From a virus (taxonomy: Duplodnaviria; Heunggongvirae; Uroviricota; Caudoviricetes), in the IMG/VR virus record IMGVR_UViG_3300038393_000245, positions 76,289 to 140,288 of that record: a DNA stretch of 64,000 nt. One strand, 5' to 3'. The translations under genes were made by a program, and so were the position numbers. The notes under the pieces are model-generated. The model ran no database searches, was not told the origin of the DNA, and was given only the letters and a program-made list of their open reading frames with translations. Positions 63,618 to 64,000 of this stretch are shown here, piece after piece (the stretch's first letter is position 1; every line of letters begins with the position of its first letter).

Positions 63618-63820
63618 TCAATCATCCTGTTTATACAAACCCTACAGGTAACTCGAGGCCCATCGAGGACGGCTAGAATTTCTACTTGTTGGTCGAACTT
63701 AGCGCAATGATACTCATGAATGAACACATTGTCTAGAGGAGTGTTATATCCATCTCTTCCACATGCCGTGACAATTTTTTCCTCATGGATCTCGGCGATG
63801 AAGTGTATCGCATTAGACAT
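63614..63820 (-). CDS. Cys-containing small protein (68 aa)
   Basis: GGAGAGGGG SD 5 nt upstream of the ATG. Confidence 0.5.
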   Translation of the reverse strand: MSNAIHFIAEIHEEKIVTACGRDGYNTPLDNVFIHEYHCAKFDQQVEILAVLDGPRVTCRVCINRMIE

Positions 63821-63996
63821 TGCCCCTCTCCAATTCTATTAAAGAACCATTCTCTCGCCTCACGATATGATTCAACAATCTCAGCATCCAAGACTCTATG
63901 GTGACCGTCGGTCATCACTCGAGCAGTGGATATAATCGCTAACACGGATCCTTGATACGAGCTATAGTGTAAATACAGCATCGATAAAATCTTCAT
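63733..63996 (-). CDS. hypothetical protein (87 aa)
   Basis: Overlaps the downstream gene by 88 nt in another frame. Confidence 0.35.
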   Translation of the reverse strand: MKILSMLYLHYSSYQGSVLAIISTARVMTDGHHRVLDAEIVESYREAREWFFNRIGEGQCLMRYTSSPRSMRKKLSRHVEEMDITLL

Positions 63997-64000
63997 GTTG

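Noticed and set aside
1-64000. Group I introns or homing endonuclease genes, which are common in T4-like phages
   Set aside because: No GIY-YIG, HNH or LAGLIDADG-like ORFs and no interrupted conserved genes were seen. The split gp5 has separate start and stop codons 1 nt apart and no intervening sequence.

Overview
The window is a 64-kb stretch of a T4-like (Tevenvirinae-related) myophage genome; family assignments are from remembered sequences, not a search. Recognisable T4 homologs are gp6, gp7, gp8 N-domain, gp53, gp5 (split into two ORFs), gp25, gp27-like, gp29-like, gp4-like, gp32, gp59 and a gp33-like protein. Late genes carry the (T)ATAAATA late-promoter motif. A dense set of sigma70-like early promoters with consensus AAAAGCCC-TTGACA-N17-TA(TA)GAAT drives more than 40 tiny ORFs. 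Layout: structural block on the minus strand (1-11136); plus-strand early operon (11233-16455); minus-strand early block of small ORFs, each with its own promoter (16592-26543); a 2.2-kb cassette flanked by ~70-100 bp inverted repeats (26690-29105); tRNA nucleotidyltransferase, SPFH lipoprotein, P-loop kinase and T7-type DNA ligase (30140-39249); collagen-like and Gly-rich fibre genes (33115-37976); baseplate hub and wedge module (41473-51435); replication and NAD-salvage block with gp32, NadV, NatV-like NMNAT-Nudix, gp59 and gp33-like (52516-58321); two atypical tRNA-like genes. Most notable: (a) an adjacent ACP, TARG1/DarG-type macro domain and NADAR operon that looks like an anti-ADP-ribosylation (anti-DarT) counter-defence module, plus a NadV/NatV NAD+ reconstitution pair elsewhere; (b) the inverted-repeat-flanked cassette carrying a high-GC gene and an AAA+ ATPase, next to a perfect consensus promoter that drives an ORF-less ~215-nt transcript; (c) GC-rich compositional islands carrying native phage promoters; (d) tRNA-like genes with canonical T-arm and acceptor but aberrant anticodon regions.
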